This document shows, one piece after another, positions 39,140-49,308 of a DNA stretch of 64,000 bases. Position 1 is the first letter of the stretch; the number at the start of each line of letters is the position of its first letter. Source of the DNA: a virus. Under the pieces are notes generated by a model. The model was given only the letters and a program-made list of their open reading frames with translations. It made no database searches and was not told the origin of the DNA. A program made the translations under genes and the position numbers. The DNA lies in IMG/VR virus record IMGVR_UViG_3300027857_000012, positions 70,002-134,001 of that record, one strand, 5' to 3'.

Positions 39140-41473
39140 ATGACAGCATCATTTTCATATGATATTGTGCTTTCCGCAGCACCGTCCCATATAGAACTTG
39201 CAAATGTGACAAAATACATGCTGCAAAAATTTGGATTCACGGTTGCAGCATGTTATGACACGACAATGACACTTAAAACACTTGAATATGCACAACGATC
39301 AAAATACGCACTACTTTTTTTCTCATATGAATATGAACAAAACCCACCGTTTGAGTATAATACACTCATGCAGAATGATCAATATGCAAAAATTGCTCCT
39401 CAAAACGATCATCAAACACTCCTTCCTGTCATTCTCGATGAACACATTTTTCTTGGAGACTTATCAAGAAATCGCTGCATTAATGTTGCAGGAGCAAATG
39501 AAGGTGCGCAAGTGCACGCAATTATCAAAGCAATCGTTGCATGGTATCGCCCACAACATACACAACGAGGTGGAGCACTTGATCCAAGCCTTGCTACTGA
39601 TACATATGCGATGGCACATCTTCTCACTGAAGCATATACGGCAGTTCGAGCATCGAATCGCTTGTTGCTAAAAGGCATTCTATCGCCAGAAGGTGCTAGG
39701 AAACTGGGACGTCCAGAACTTGCAAATACAGAAGTCGAGTATGAGCAACATGCGAACAATCAAAACACAGCAGGCAGAGTTTATTCGAAAGGGACATTTA
39801 TCGGTGGCATTTTGAGCTATGGTGTTGATGGGATATTCCCTATGACACAACAAGGCATTGCAGCGATGCTCCAAGCTGCCCCGGTATGTCCATCTTGCGG
39901 CACGAAGATCACAGGAAAATTCTGTTCAGCGTGTGGATCGCAAACGAGTCATTTAACATCGACTTACGCACCAGCGAAAGCAACAAAGCAAACGATGTTA
40001 TTAACACCCAATATGGAACTACAAGCTCGATGGAAATTGCTACATCAGATTGCACAAGGTGGCTTCGGGGAAGTGTGGAAAGGACAAGATACAAGATTCA
40101 AACGTTCAACAAGATATGTTGCGATCAAGCGTTTACTCACAACGCAACTCAGTGGACAAGAATTGCAAGATGCGCTTGAGCAATTTGAAGGTGAAGCCGA
40201 AATGCTCGCCATGTTAAAGCATCCAAACTTGCCGATTGTGTATGACAGCTTCCAGGAACAAGGTGAGGCCTATCTTGTCATGGAATTTCTTGATGGTGAA
40301 ACACTCGAGGCATACCTTACTCGAAATACATCTTTAGGTCTTTCGGTCGATTTCTTTACTATTGCCCTTGAACTTTCGAGGGTGTTACATTACCTTCATT
40401 CACAGACACCCCAGATCATCTTTCGGGACCTCAAACCTAGCAATATAATGATCACCACATCTCAATCTGGAGCCATTACCACAGTGAAGTTGACTGATTT
40501 TGGCATTGCTCGCATCTTCAAACCAGGGCAACAGAAAGACACGACAGCACTCGGATCACCTGGGTATGCCGCACCAGAACAATATGGCAAAGCACAAAGC
40601 ACACCCAGAACAGACATTTATAGCCTTGGCGCTATGATGCATCAATTAGTGACAGGGGATGATCCGTCCGATAATCCATTTCAGTTCGCAAGACTGCCAC
40701 GACACACAGCTGAAATGGTGCTTGCAGATGATATGTTGGTGCGCTGTGTCCAATCGAAATCGGAAGATCGCTATCAATCAGCGAAGGATGTTGAAAACGC
40801 CCTGTTGCAATTGTATGATGCACTTCATCATCATACACCACCCGCAACATCAACCAACGCAATCTTGTCAACACTTCAGCAATCATTGCTGCCACTACAA
40901 TCAACATCTGTGTCGACAGCATACTATATACCTGGTGGTGTGACACCACGATCTGGAGCACAATGGGTCCCAGGAACACCGATATCCATTGTCTTCTTTC
41001 AAAAGAAAGAATCAGTTGACGCAACACAGGTCATTTTGAGAATTCGGAATCATCTTCGAGTCTCGGAGCGAAGTGGTCGCATTACGATATGGGATTTTAG
41101 CATGATTCAATCTGGCGGTTCAAGTGATGGTCAAGTCGCTGATGCAATTGAACGTGCACAAATCATTCTCCCAGTCGTCAATTATGATTTTGCAAATGAT
41201 AATGCGACAGTCGAAGGATTACACTTACGTCGAATTATAGAACGTGCGCAGTTAACAAATGATGATTGCGCTTGTATTCCTATTGTGTGCAATTCAATCA
41301 TTGGTTATGAAACGCTTCCATTTGCAGATTTTGCAGCGATTCCATCGGGGATAAATGCATTTCTAGGTGCAAAACCAATCAGCACATGGAACAATAAAGA
41401 AGATGCATTCGCAAGCATTGCAAAAGACATTTTGCTTCGTGTCAAAGATATCGAAACATTTTCGACACCCTAG
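39140..41473 (+). CDS. Hanks-type Ser/Thr kinase with TIR-like N- and C-terminal domains and a Zn ribbon
   Basis: GGFGEV, VAIK, FRDLKPSN, DFG, APE, DIYSLG; CPSC..CSAC; C-terminal ITIWD..I..G..AQIILPVV..DF..IPI TIR-like fold. Confidence 0.88.
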   Translation: MTASFSYDIVLSAAPSHIELANVTKYMLQKFGFTVAACYDTTMTLKTLEYAQRSKYALLFFSYEYEQNPPFEYNTLMQNDQYAKIAPQNDHQTLLPVILDEHIFLGDLSRNRCINVAGANEGAQVHAIIKAIVAWYRPQHTQRGGALDPSLATDTYAMAHLLTEAYTAVRASNRLLLKGILSPEGARKLGRPELANTEVEYEQHANNQNTAGRVYSKGTFIGGILSYGVDGIFPMTQQGIAAMLQAAPVCPSCGTKITGKFCSACGSQTSHLTSTYAPAKATKQTMLLTPNMELQARWKLLHQIAQGGFGEVWKGQDTRFKRSTRYVAIKRLLTTQLSGQELQDALEQFEGEAEMLAMLKHPNLPIVYDSFQEQGEAYLVMEFLDGETLEAYLTRNTSLGLSVDFFTIALELSRVLHYLHSQTPQIIFRDLKPSNIMITTSQSGAITTVKLTDFGIARIFKPGQQKDTTALGSPGYAAPEQYGKAQSTPRTDIYSLGAMMHQLVTGDDPSDNPFQFARLPRHTAEMVLADDMLVRCVQSKSEDRYQSAKDVENALLQLYDALHHHTPPATSTNAILSTLQQSLLPLQSTSVSTAYYIPGGVTPRSGAQWVPGTPISIVFFQKKESVDATQVILRIRNHLRVSERSGRITIWDFSMIQSGGSSDGQVADAIERAQIILPVVNYDFANDNATVEGLHLRRIIERAQLTNDDCACIPIVCNSIIGYETLPFADFAAIPSGINAFLGAKPISTWNNKEDAFASIAKDILLRVKDIETFSTP

Positions 41474-41475
41474 GA

Positions 41476-42231
41476 GTGGTTATGCTTCATCGTTCGTCTG
41501 CTCGTTTTGGTGTGATGATCCTCTGCGCGGGGATCATCTGGTTTTTTGCTGTTTTTCTGCCACAAACATGGATTCTGTCTGCGCTGAAGACTGATGCTCT
41601 TATTGCATTCTACTTATTTCTTGAACATAGTATTCTTGATGCGAGTTTTGTGTTTGCAGCATGGTTACTGACACTCGCATATCTCGGAACAGCATCGGTA
41701 CGTGACCTTGGTATTACATGGCCATTCGACATGTTCTATCGAGAAGCATTCGATCAAAGTCGCGTGTTTGGAGGTATCTTTCTTCTCTTTGCATCGATTG
41801 GAATAGTCATCATTTCGGTGTTGATCATTCAATCTGCACAAACGCTGTGGATCACTCTTTTTCAAATAGCAGGTGGACAGACAAGTGTGATTGATTGGGG
41901 ATTGTTGAACATGCTGCATCAGATGCCACTGTCCTTTGGTGTCGAAGTGCTCGTATTATGCATTATCGCGCCAGTAGCAGAAGAAATCCTGTTTCGTGGA
42001 TTTCTGTTTCAGTGGCTCAATACATTGCTCGGAACATCTGGAGCAGTGTTCGTGAGCGCAATTTTGTTTGCAGGTGTGCACTGGAGCGTTGAAGGGATTG
42101 GTGAGTTATTCATGCTTGGAATCATCACAGCGCTAGTGCTTAAATATACAAAGTCGATTCTGCTCTGTATCCTAATACATAGTTCAATGAATGTGCTGTT
42201 TGTGTTATCGTCATTACATCTCTTGAAATGA
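41476..42231 (+). CDS. CPBP (CAAX/Abi) family intramembrane metalloprotease
   Basis: APVAEEILFRG, FAGVH and H...N motifs; multiple TM helices. Confidence 0.88.
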   Translation: MVMLHRSSARFGVMILCAGIIWFFAVFLPQTWILSALKTDALIAFYLFLEHSILDASFVFAAWLLTLAYLGTASVRDLGITWPFDMFYREAFDQSRVFGGIFLLFASIGIVIISVLIIQSAQTLWITLFQIAGGQTSVIDWGLLNMLHQMPLSFGVEVLVLCIIAPVAEEILFRGFLFQWLNTLLGTSGAVFVSAILFAGVHWSVEGIGELFMLGIITALVLKYTKSILLCILIHSSMNVLFVLSSLHLLK

Positions 42232-42237
42232 GCAATT

Positions 42238-42648
42238 ATGCATACACATGAAGCATTTGCGATATGGAAGGATAGGCCTGATCGACCGATGACAGATCAT
42301 GGGAAACGTGTTTGCTGTATGTGTGAAGAACCTATTGAATATGGTGAAATGGCATATGTCATCAATGAGCATGCACGAACATTAGAAGCATTGCATTTAT
42401 ATCAGTGCATTTCGAGATACGATCTTATCTTCAAGAGTACAGGTGTAACGCTTCACCTTTCAAGTGTCGACCCAGATCTTTATTTCAAAAATGGGTTTAA
42501 TGCCAGAACAATGGGTGAAGCATTTGCGGTGAGTGAAGTAATCAAGGCACATCTTCGAGATATTCGATTCCAATGGGATGAATATTCTCTTTTTGAAAAT
42601 AATGTCTTGGTTCGGCATGTTATTGATGTCATTACATTTTCATTGTAA
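42238..42648 (+). CDS. Zn-finger-like protein, tandem paralogue 1
   Basis: CCMC..H..QC; ends ITFSL. Confidence 0.7.
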   Translation: MHTHEAFAIWKDRPDRPMTDHGKRVCCMCEEPIEYGEMAYVINEHARTLEALHLYQCISRYDLIFKSTGVTLHLSSVDPDLYFKNGFNARTMGEAFAVSEVIKAHLRDIRFQWDEYSLFENNVLVRHVIDVITFSL

Positions 42649-42659
42649 AGGAACATACA

Positions 42660-43076
42660 ATGCTCGTGGAAACACGCCTTGCATTTCAACTATGGCGTAC
42701 GCAGACATGTCCAAGTACTCGATTAGAGAGCGAGCGCCCATGCTGTATGTGTGGTGAGTTTTTGCTTCCTCATTCATATGTGCATTTCGTATTTCCAGAA
42801 GCGCCAATACACGTGTTTCAGTGCATTCCAGAATATCGTTTTCTTTTTCAAAGTTTTAATACGACATTTCTCTTTTCGAATGCAATCATCAATGCACGTT
42901 TTGAAAAACACCTCGGGTCGATTAGTGCTCGAAACGCATTCGAAGCAACTGCATTAAGTACGATGCTTCAAGATTATTTTCGCACTGTTGTTCAATTTGA
43001 GTGGCATGAGTATTTTGTGTTTGAAAATGAACAGATCATTTACCATGATACACCCATTATCACGTTCTCGCTATAA
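42660..43076 (+). CDS. Zn-finger-like protein, tandem paralogue 2
   Basis: CCMC..H..QC; ends ITFSL. Confidence 0.7.
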   Translation: MLVETRLAFQLWRTQTCPSTRLESERPCCMCGEFLLPHSYVHFVFPEAPIHVFQCIPEYRFLFQSFNTTFLFSNAIINARFEKHLGSISARNAFEATALSTMLQDYFRTVVQFEWHEYFVFENEQIIYHDTPIITFSL

Positions 43077-43085
43077 GGAGTTCGT

Positions 43086-43514
43086 ATGAGTAGCATCGAA
43101 ACGTATCTTGGATTTACAGCGTGGGGTAATAAAAAATACCCATATATACGACAGCAACATGTAAACACAGTGTGCTGTATGTGTGGAGATATGTTGTATG
43201 CCAGTGATAATTCATATTGGATTGTAGGGTTTGATCAAAAACCACGTGCAATGCATGCAATTCAATGCATTCCTCGTTTTGATATTATTTTCATCATGCC
43301 TCTTGCCGAGTTTCGATTTTCAAATGCATGCCAAAATATCTATTGTGTGCAAGAATTAGGGCAATTTAGCATGCGAACCAAAGAACAGGCAATGCATGAA
43401 TGTTCGACGCTTCGTTTATTTTTCAAGAATCGACTCCAATGGCACGAATGTGTCGTACTTGAAGATGCACATATTCTTGTGCATGATATTGCTGTGATCA
43501 CATTTTCACTCTGA
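43086..43514 (+). CDS. Zn-finger-like protein, tandem paralogue 3
   Basis: CCMC..H..QC; ends ITFSL. Confidence 0.7.
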   Translation: MSSIETYLGFTAWGNKKYPYIRQQHVNTVCCMCGDMLYASDNSYWIVGFDQKPRAMHAIQCIPRFDIIFIMPLAEFRFSNACQNIYCVQELGQFSMRTKEQAMHECSTLRLFFKNRLQWHECVVLEDAHILVHDIAVITFSL

Positions 43515-43519
43515 TATTT

Positions 43520-43900
43520 TTAGCCTTCTTCTTTTGGGTCACGTACTGGGCCACATACATCAAAGAGAATTCTGAGTCGCTCGTTTTGTGGATATGCAGG
43601 CTGCTGTGGTCGCATCTTCCGTGTTCGTGCACACCACAAATCAAACCCAACGAACCGATCTTCTGGTCCAGTAGCAGCGACGACATCTGCAATGGCTTGT
43701 CGGAGGAGTGGTAATCCTTCTGGTGTGAGTGTTTCAGCGTCAGCCGTTGCCCACCAGAAGAGATCATTACAGTTTACGAAGAATGTCAACGGTGCAAACT
43801 CACCATGACTCGCCCACGTAATGATGCCATAGCAATCCTGTTCTTCTATTTCAAGAAGAACATCTGTAATGAAATGAAAGAGTGGTTCTGAATAGTTCAT
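43520..43900 (-). CDS. conserved phage hypothetical protein
   Basis: FVNCNDLFWWATADAE..LWCAR.RKMRPQ..AY..LFDVCGP. Confidence 0.7.
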   Translation of the reverse strand: MNYSEPLFHFITDVLLEIEEQDCYGIITWASHGEFAPLTFFVNCNDLFWWATADAETLTPEGLPLLRQAIADVVAATGPEDRFVGFDLWCARTRKMRPQQPAYPQNERLRILFDVCGPVRDPKEEG

Positions 43901-43914
43901 GGATACATTATAAC

Positions 43915-43973
43915 ATAGAAAATACTCAAAGAACATTGATGCAAAATGTCAATGTTCTTTGAGTATTTTCTAT
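43915..43973. repeat. perfect 25-bp inverted repeat overlapping a minus-strand promoter
   Basis: ATAGAAAATACTCAAAGAACATTGA-N9-TCAATGTTCTTTGAGTATTTTCTAT. Confidence 0.85.
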
Positions 43974-43977
43974 TTAT

Positions 43978-44529
43978 TTAATGGCCGGAGAGATCCTTTA
44001 ACTTTCCTTTTGTAAGAAGTTGAATAGCTCGATCAAATCCTCGTTGCTCTGCTTCATGAGTCATTTTTGTCATGTCATCATGAATTGCTCTTAATTCGTC
44101 AAGAATTTTTTGGATATCTGGATTTGAGATCTGCGCAACCAGTTGCTCTTGCAGAATTTCTGCTTCACGTGTCTTCACAGCGAAGTACGTTTGTGCAAGC
44201 GACACTGACAGTTTGAATGGATCACTATTCATTGCAACAAGGTAACATGCGTATCGAGTCAATTTGTAGTCGTTAATTTCTCGTGTCGCTGTTCCATTTC
44301 CTCCACCTGTTTGGCTTAATTTAACCTGACGGATAAAGTGCTCCTTTGGTACTGATCCGCTATTTTTGCATGCAAGTATTGCACGTTTCAAAACACTTTC
44401 AAATCTTTGCCAAGATGAGTATTCGAGTGCTTCTTGCATTTCGCGTGCTAACCAATAATCGTTATCTTGCTCGTCAACATGTTTCATTTGTTCGAATGGA
44501 TTTTCTTGTGTCGTAAGTTCTTGTGACAT
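43978..44529 (-). CDS. dinD: DinD/BRO-N family DNA-binding protein
   Basis: FEQMK..YWLARE..LEYSSWQRF..DYKLTRYACYLVAMNSDP..AQTYFAVKTR. Confidence 0.82.
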   Translation of the reverse strand: MSQELTTQENPFEQMKHVDEQDNDYWLAREMQEALEYSSWQRFESVLKRAILACKNSGSVPKEHFIRQVKLSQTGGGNGTATREINDYKLTRYACYLVAMNSDPFKLSVSLAQTYFAVKTREAEILQEQLVAQISNPDIQKILDELRAIHDDMTKMTHEAEQRGFDRAIQLLTKGKLKDLSGH

Positions 44530-44574
44530 GTTTTTCCTCCGTGTCTGTGAATACTTTGCAAAGTTTCAAAAAGG

Positions 44575-44807
44575 GTGTACTTTTGTGAGGAAATATATTA
44601 TAATACAATTGTACCTTTCTTTGATTGGTATTGGTGTATCCGCGAGCAACGCCTGTGAAACTTTGCAAGAGAAGAGCAGGCGTTTCTTTTTCCTCACTTT
44701 CTGCTTCTATTATATCATAAGATGCTCTAAAAGTACATCAAAAGTATCAACGAATTTTCATTATTATTTTGTTTTCAATGTACATTATACACGTAATATG
44801 ATATAAT
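44575..44807. promoter_or_regulatory. cluster of three promoter motifs (+44575-44604, -44709-44738, +44778-44807)
   Basis: (A/G)TGTAC(T/A)TT...TATAAT with 30-nt span on both strands. Confidence 0.7.
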
Positions 44808-44848
44808 AGAACTAGAAAACAATACAAATAAGCACGAAAGGACATACA

Positions 44849-45874
44849 ATGACACCAGAAGAACTTGCCATTTTGAATCACCAACTCACACAAGAGGAAG
44901 AAGCTGCTCAAACAGACGAACAGAAAGCGATTCGACGAGCACTTCGTCAAAAGTGGATAGAAGAAGGGAAAGATGAGTGGACGAGATATGCCATGGATTC
45001 TAGCAAAGAAATTGTACCGCAACTCCTCGCATCGATTGCATCGATTGATGCTGTGCATCTTCCACAACCTCGGGTGAAGCTTGAAACAGATGATGGAAAC
45101 TGTCTGATTATCTGTGTAAGCGCGGAAATTCATGAAGATGTTGATACGACTATTGAAGAGACGCAATGGGGCGGCCACATGTATCACGTAACACCCATTC
45201 TCTTGCATGTCGAGCAAATCTACGGAAAAATGGATGGACAAATATATCAAGGGCCAAGAGATGTGTTTGTGTCATGTCAACAATGTGCTGGTTTTGTTCG
45301 TACACTTGATATATACCAAGCAGAGCTGCTGAGTGAAGAACCACCAAAGATTCCAGTCGCTGCCAATAAACGAGGACGATTAACAGAGCCTGATCGTATT
45401 TGGCGATACAATTACTATATGCGTGTCTATGTTGGTCAAATTCCAAAACGAATTCCATGCGATGCAGATGCGAGCGCAGGGTCAACAGCTTGGGATCTTT
45501 GGCGCAAAGCAGAATCACCAACACCAGAACAGCAAGAAGCATTTGGAGTATGGTATCAAAATCGACATCGTCGTGACCGTGCTCGAATGGTTGATGGTAA
45601 ATACTACGTTCTTCGATTCAATCGAGTGAGTGGTATGTTTGAACGTGAAGAGGTTGATAGTATCGATCATCAAGACGAACGAGTGCCATTCGATGAATTG
45701 CAAGACATCTTGTTTCAAACAACACTGCACTATCCACCATCTGATCGAGCACTCCCATCAGCAACGAAAATGGATGCAGATGCAGCAGAGCGATGGTTTC
45801 GTCGATGCCCACCGTTTATGACATTGTGGAAACAGCATTTGTTGAAAGAACAAATTATGACGATTGCATTCTAA
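44849..45874 (+). CDS. hypothetical protein
   Basis: 341-aa ORF, GAAAGGA RBS. Confidence 0.72.
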   Translation: MTPEELAILNHQLTQEEEAAQTDEQKAIRRALRQKWIEEGKDEWTRYAMDSSKEIVPQLLASIASIDAVHLPQPRVKLETDDGNCLIICVSAEIHEDVDTTIEETQWGGHMYHVTPILLHVEQIYGKMDGQIYQGPRDVFVSCQQCAGFVRTLDIYQAELLSEEPPKIPVAANKRGRLTEPDRIWRYNYYMRVYVGQIPKRIPCDADASAGSTAWDLWRKAESPTPEQQEAFGVWYQNRHRRDRARMVDGKYYVLRFNRVSGMFEREEVDSIDHQDERVPFDELQDILFQTTLHYPPSDRALPSATKMDADAAERWFRRCPPFMTLWKQHLLKEQIMTIAF

Positions 45875-45918
45875 ACACACGTAAATTACATTTACTTATA
45901 AAAGAAAGGAAATGAAAA

Positions 45919-46770
45919 ATGTCTGATAATGAGAAAAAAGTATGGCGAATGAAGGCTGTCAACCGTAAGAGTGTTTCACGGTGTTCTCATACATTTTACG
46001 GAACGAGAGAAGAAGCGCTCCTAAGGCAAGGTGAGATGCTTCGTCTATGTAATAGTACCATCTTTGATGGGTGGCAGATGGGTGACCGTATTGGCAGTAA
46101 CAAAGAGGCACTCGATTGTGCCGATGATTTCTTTCCGGTTGGCCATGATGGATGGATTGAATGGGCAAATTCATATAGTTACTACGGCGAGAACATGGAT
46201 TTACTGAAATCTGAGCAATGGGATGGTTTTGTCATTTACCGTCGAGAAGGCAATGAGCATGTGATTGTTAAAAACGCTATCCATCCAGAGCCATTCCCGG
46301 TTGGGATGGAATTATTGAGAACTACAAGTGATCTTGTGTTCGCGCAGTTTCTCTACGCAAACGAGGACTTCTGCCGTGGAAGAGGCTTCTCGCCTGCGTG
46401 TTGGTAACGTTTGATTCAAAAATAACATTCTTTTGAAAAGAGCAGAAAGGAAATGACCATGTATTACGAAGTGCACGGATACGAAATTCTTCCGCATGAA
46501 GGAGAAATTTCGTATCCGGCAATAGGTGATGTTTTGAATGGTGGAAGCACGATACTAAAGGCTATCGCGAATTTCACAAATTATCCCATTCTTGTGAAGA
46601 GTGGGTATGATACAGTCGCAAATGGAAGGGCAGAGGATATTGTTTGCCCTCCTAAAGCGAACATTCGTTTACATACGAGCGGCGGCCCTAGAGACTTTGC
46701 TGGGTGGGTTGTAGAGCCTCTTCAAGAGATTGCAGACGCGTTTATGACCGAGGTGAATTTTAGAGGATAG
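45919..46770 (+). CDS. two hypothetical genes (45919-46407, 46453-46770)
   Basis: both preceded by AGAAAGGAAATG; codon style differs from flanks. Confidence 0.65.
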
Positions 46771-46822
46771 AATATAGTATATTGGAAATTGTTTGTTTTA
46801 TCGATTAGTCTCAACGAATATG

Positions 46823-46870
46823 CAAACTACGTCAAATTGAATGTACATTTGACGTAGTTTGTGTTATAAT
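46823..46870 (+). promoter_or_regulatory. promoter motif embedded in a 15-bp inverted repeat
   Basis: CAAACTACGTCAAAT/ATTTGACGTAGTTTG; ATGTACATTT...TGTTATAAT at 46841-46870. Confidence 0.75.
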
Positions 46871-46911
46871 AATAATAGAAAAGTAAAATAAAGCGCGTGA
46901 AAGAAAATACA

Positions 46912-47274
46912 ATGCATTCGAAAAAGAAGCACACTCAACGACGGCAATTTCGTCTCACAATGCAATTAACGTCAACGCAACTGCGCGTTATGCAGGATGA
47001 TGAAACAATCTTTCGACTCAGCAAAGATGTTCTTATATTCATTCGACATTATGTGCCTGGCGAATTACCTGACTCGAACAGAACCATCTTCACACCAGAA
47101 CGAATTGAGCGAGAGCAACTGAAATGGGTGCAAGTTGAGCGAGAAGCACGTCAAATAAAAAAGACACTGTTGACGCAAGCACAATTCGATGCGATTCGAG
47201 GCAATGAAGAAATGCCCGAGCAGCAAGAAGGGCATGTGACAATCTTCGTTGTGAAAGCAGCCAACGGAGCATAG
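46912..47274 (+). CDS. hypothetical protein
   Basis: ORF downstream of promoter. Confidence 0.55.
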   Translation: MHSKKKHTQRRQFRLTMQLTSTQLRVMQDDETIFRLSKDVLIFIRHYVPGELPDSNRTIFTPERIEREQLKWVQVEREARQIKKTLLTQAQFDAIRGNEEMPEQQEGHVTIFVVKAANGA

Positions 47275-47465
47275 CATGGATGCGGAAATTCAAGGAACGT
47301 TTGTGACACCAGAAGATAAGATGCCCAACGAGAATATAATCGATTGCTCAAAGAGGATCCAAAAGCACTCGCATTGCTCTTTCGTACATATGCAGAGCAA
47401 GAAACAAAAGCATATGAGCTATTCACTCGGATTCAACAATCTGGTGGATATCCGAGAATTACGTC

Positions 47466-48221
47466 ATGAAAGAAAAGATTTGCTTTACTGTTGCACAAGC
47501 TGCAATGTATGCACATGTGCATACATCAATTATTCGAGAATGGCTTTCGAAACAACTTCTAACACTTGTTCGAACAGATCCAAAGACATACGAAAAATTT
47601 ATTGACCCAGATGAACTTGATGCACTGCTTCGTTTTCGTGAAACATTTCAATCAAAGCAGTGGGTTCGAGAGTGGAGAAATGCTCAGTCACTCGGTCTAT
47701 CGTTTGATCACCCAATTCCAACCTGGACACATACGACGATTCAAACTCTCGTGTTTCATTATTATGCATTTGTTGAGCATCCAGAAACATGTGTTCGTGC
47801 AGTCTGCTTCAATACACCATTTCGTGTTATTTCTGGCGAATATGTTGCAAAAAGTCCACCAGACGGTGGATGGCTTCTCCGATGGCATGACCCCAAAATA
47901 CATCTTCGACAGGTGTCAAAAGATCGATTTGAAGTGTTACTGCAACCATTTCATATAATACCAACTGATGCAGCACAAACGCTTCGAACATTCGTTGAAG
48001 TATCCCTTAAACATGCAGGATTGTTGCTTTCAACACAACAGCCAACAACACTTGTTCGGCCTCTTGTATATACAGTTGATGGCGAGACAGGTATTGCATT
48101 GCTTTGGAAGCATTATATTCAAATTCGACGACACGCGACATCGAAGAAATGGGAAACATTTGATGGATGTCGCGTGTGGAAAATGGATGAACTACGAGAT
48201 ATCTCTATTCCTCAATCATGA
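47466..48221 (+). CDS. N-terminal excisionase-like HTH protein
   Basis: FTVAQAAMYAHVHTSIIREWL..L....IDPDELDALL. Confidence 0.65.
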   Translation: MKEKICFTVAQAAMYAHVHTSIIREWLSKQLLTLVRTDPKTYEKFIDPDELDALLRFRETFQSKQWVREWRNAQSLGLSFDHPIPTWTHTTIQTLVFHYYAFVEHPETCVRAVCFNTPFRVISGEYVAKSPPDGGWLLRWHDPKIHLRQVSKDRFEVLLQPFHIIPTDAAQTLRTFVEVSLKHAGLLLSTQQPTTLVRPLVYTVDGETGIALLWKHYIQIRRHATSKKWETFDGCRVWKMDELRDISIPQS

Positions 48222-48901
48222 TCATTATTACAATGACTACTAGGACTCCCAGTAAGATGATCATCGGTATCGGTATCTCCGTCGCAACTACCATTACCTA
48301 ATTGAAAGTTATGAAACACAGCAGGATCAGTTTGCGTTCCTGCAGCACTACCGCTTGATGGATAGAAACTGAACTTACCATCAGGGTACGGATTGGTGGT
48401 GACCGCACTTATCTTTCCAGCACTATTGATCGTCACTGTCGCAAATGCACCTTTTATTAGATCAAATGCACCAGGACATGCACTTCCTCCATTGCATGGG
48501 ACAAATCCAGTAAAACTCAGGACGCCAGGAGGATTCTCATACATACGATCACTTGTATCAAATGTTGGATTCTCTTTGATCGTGTAGATGACACTTCCTG
48601 ATACTGGTGGTGTAATGATCCACGAAACACACCCTGTTGGGACAGCTGCACAATTACCATGCTGAAGTGGACACGACCCAGAACCAACTTTAACCCGAGT
48701 TACTCCATGACTTGGTCCTCCAGGTGTTGTTGATCCATCAGGAGACATGAGAACAAAGTTTGCGCCAGGAAGCGCTTGACGACATGAATCCATAGCCTGA
48801 AGATACAGTATTACTGGGTTTGCTGCGTGGACAAATCCTCCAAATGACAAAAACAGTGGTATGATGCAGAGAAGCAAAAGCATGTGCGTATATTGTCGCA
48901 T
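48212..48901 (-). CDS. secreted Cys/Gly-rich protein
   Basis: signal peptide ending VHA; paired cysteines. Confidence 0.7.
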   Translation of the reverse strand: MRQYTHMLLLLCIIPLFLSFGGFVHAANPVILYLQAMDSCRQALPGANFVLMSPDGSTTPGGPSHGVTRVKVGSGSCPLQHGNCAAVPTGCVSWIITPPVSGSVIYTIKENPTFDTSDRMYENPPGVLSFTGFVPCNGGSACPGAFDLIKGAFATVTINSAGKISAVTTNPYPDGKFSFYPSSGSAAGTQTDPAVFHNFQLGNGSCDGDTDTDDHLTGSPSSHCNNDHD

Positions 48902-48915
48902 TTTCTATTTTCCTT

Positions 48916-49308
48916 TTATGCCCACCAAATCGTATCTGGTGATTCAAAGAGGTCGTACCATGATGCACGACCACCATCAAGAAGAACGAGGTACTCAGAT
49001 TGTTGGAGCCAATCACCTCGTTCAAGAAGAAGGTGTTTGATCCATGCATATTCAGCAAGCGCGTCTTCATAATGGATGAATTCGGTTTGTCGATGTGTTA
49101 AGTGTTCTTCTTGTCGCTCTTCTGGCGGATGTTTTCCATATCGTGCGCGAAGAAGTGCAAGTCGCTCTGTGCGTTCACGTGACAGATATCGTCTTGGTCG
49201 TGTTTCATTGCCATGCCACAAAACGATCCATGTCTTGATTGTTCCATCACGTGCAACGACATGTGTTCGACTGCAGAGTGGGCATGGTCGAAGTTCAAGG
49301 CAAGTCAT
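48916..49308 (-). CDS. hypothetical protein (N-terminal CPLC)
   Basis: AGGAGG RBS, coupled to upstream gene. Confidence 0.6.
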   Translation of the reverse strand: MTCLELRPCPLCSRTHVVARDGTIKTWIVLWHGNETRPRRYLSRERTERLALLRARYGKHPPEERQEEHLTHRQTEFIHYEDALAEYAWIKHLLLERGDWLQQSEYLVLLDGGRASWYDLFESPDTIWWA

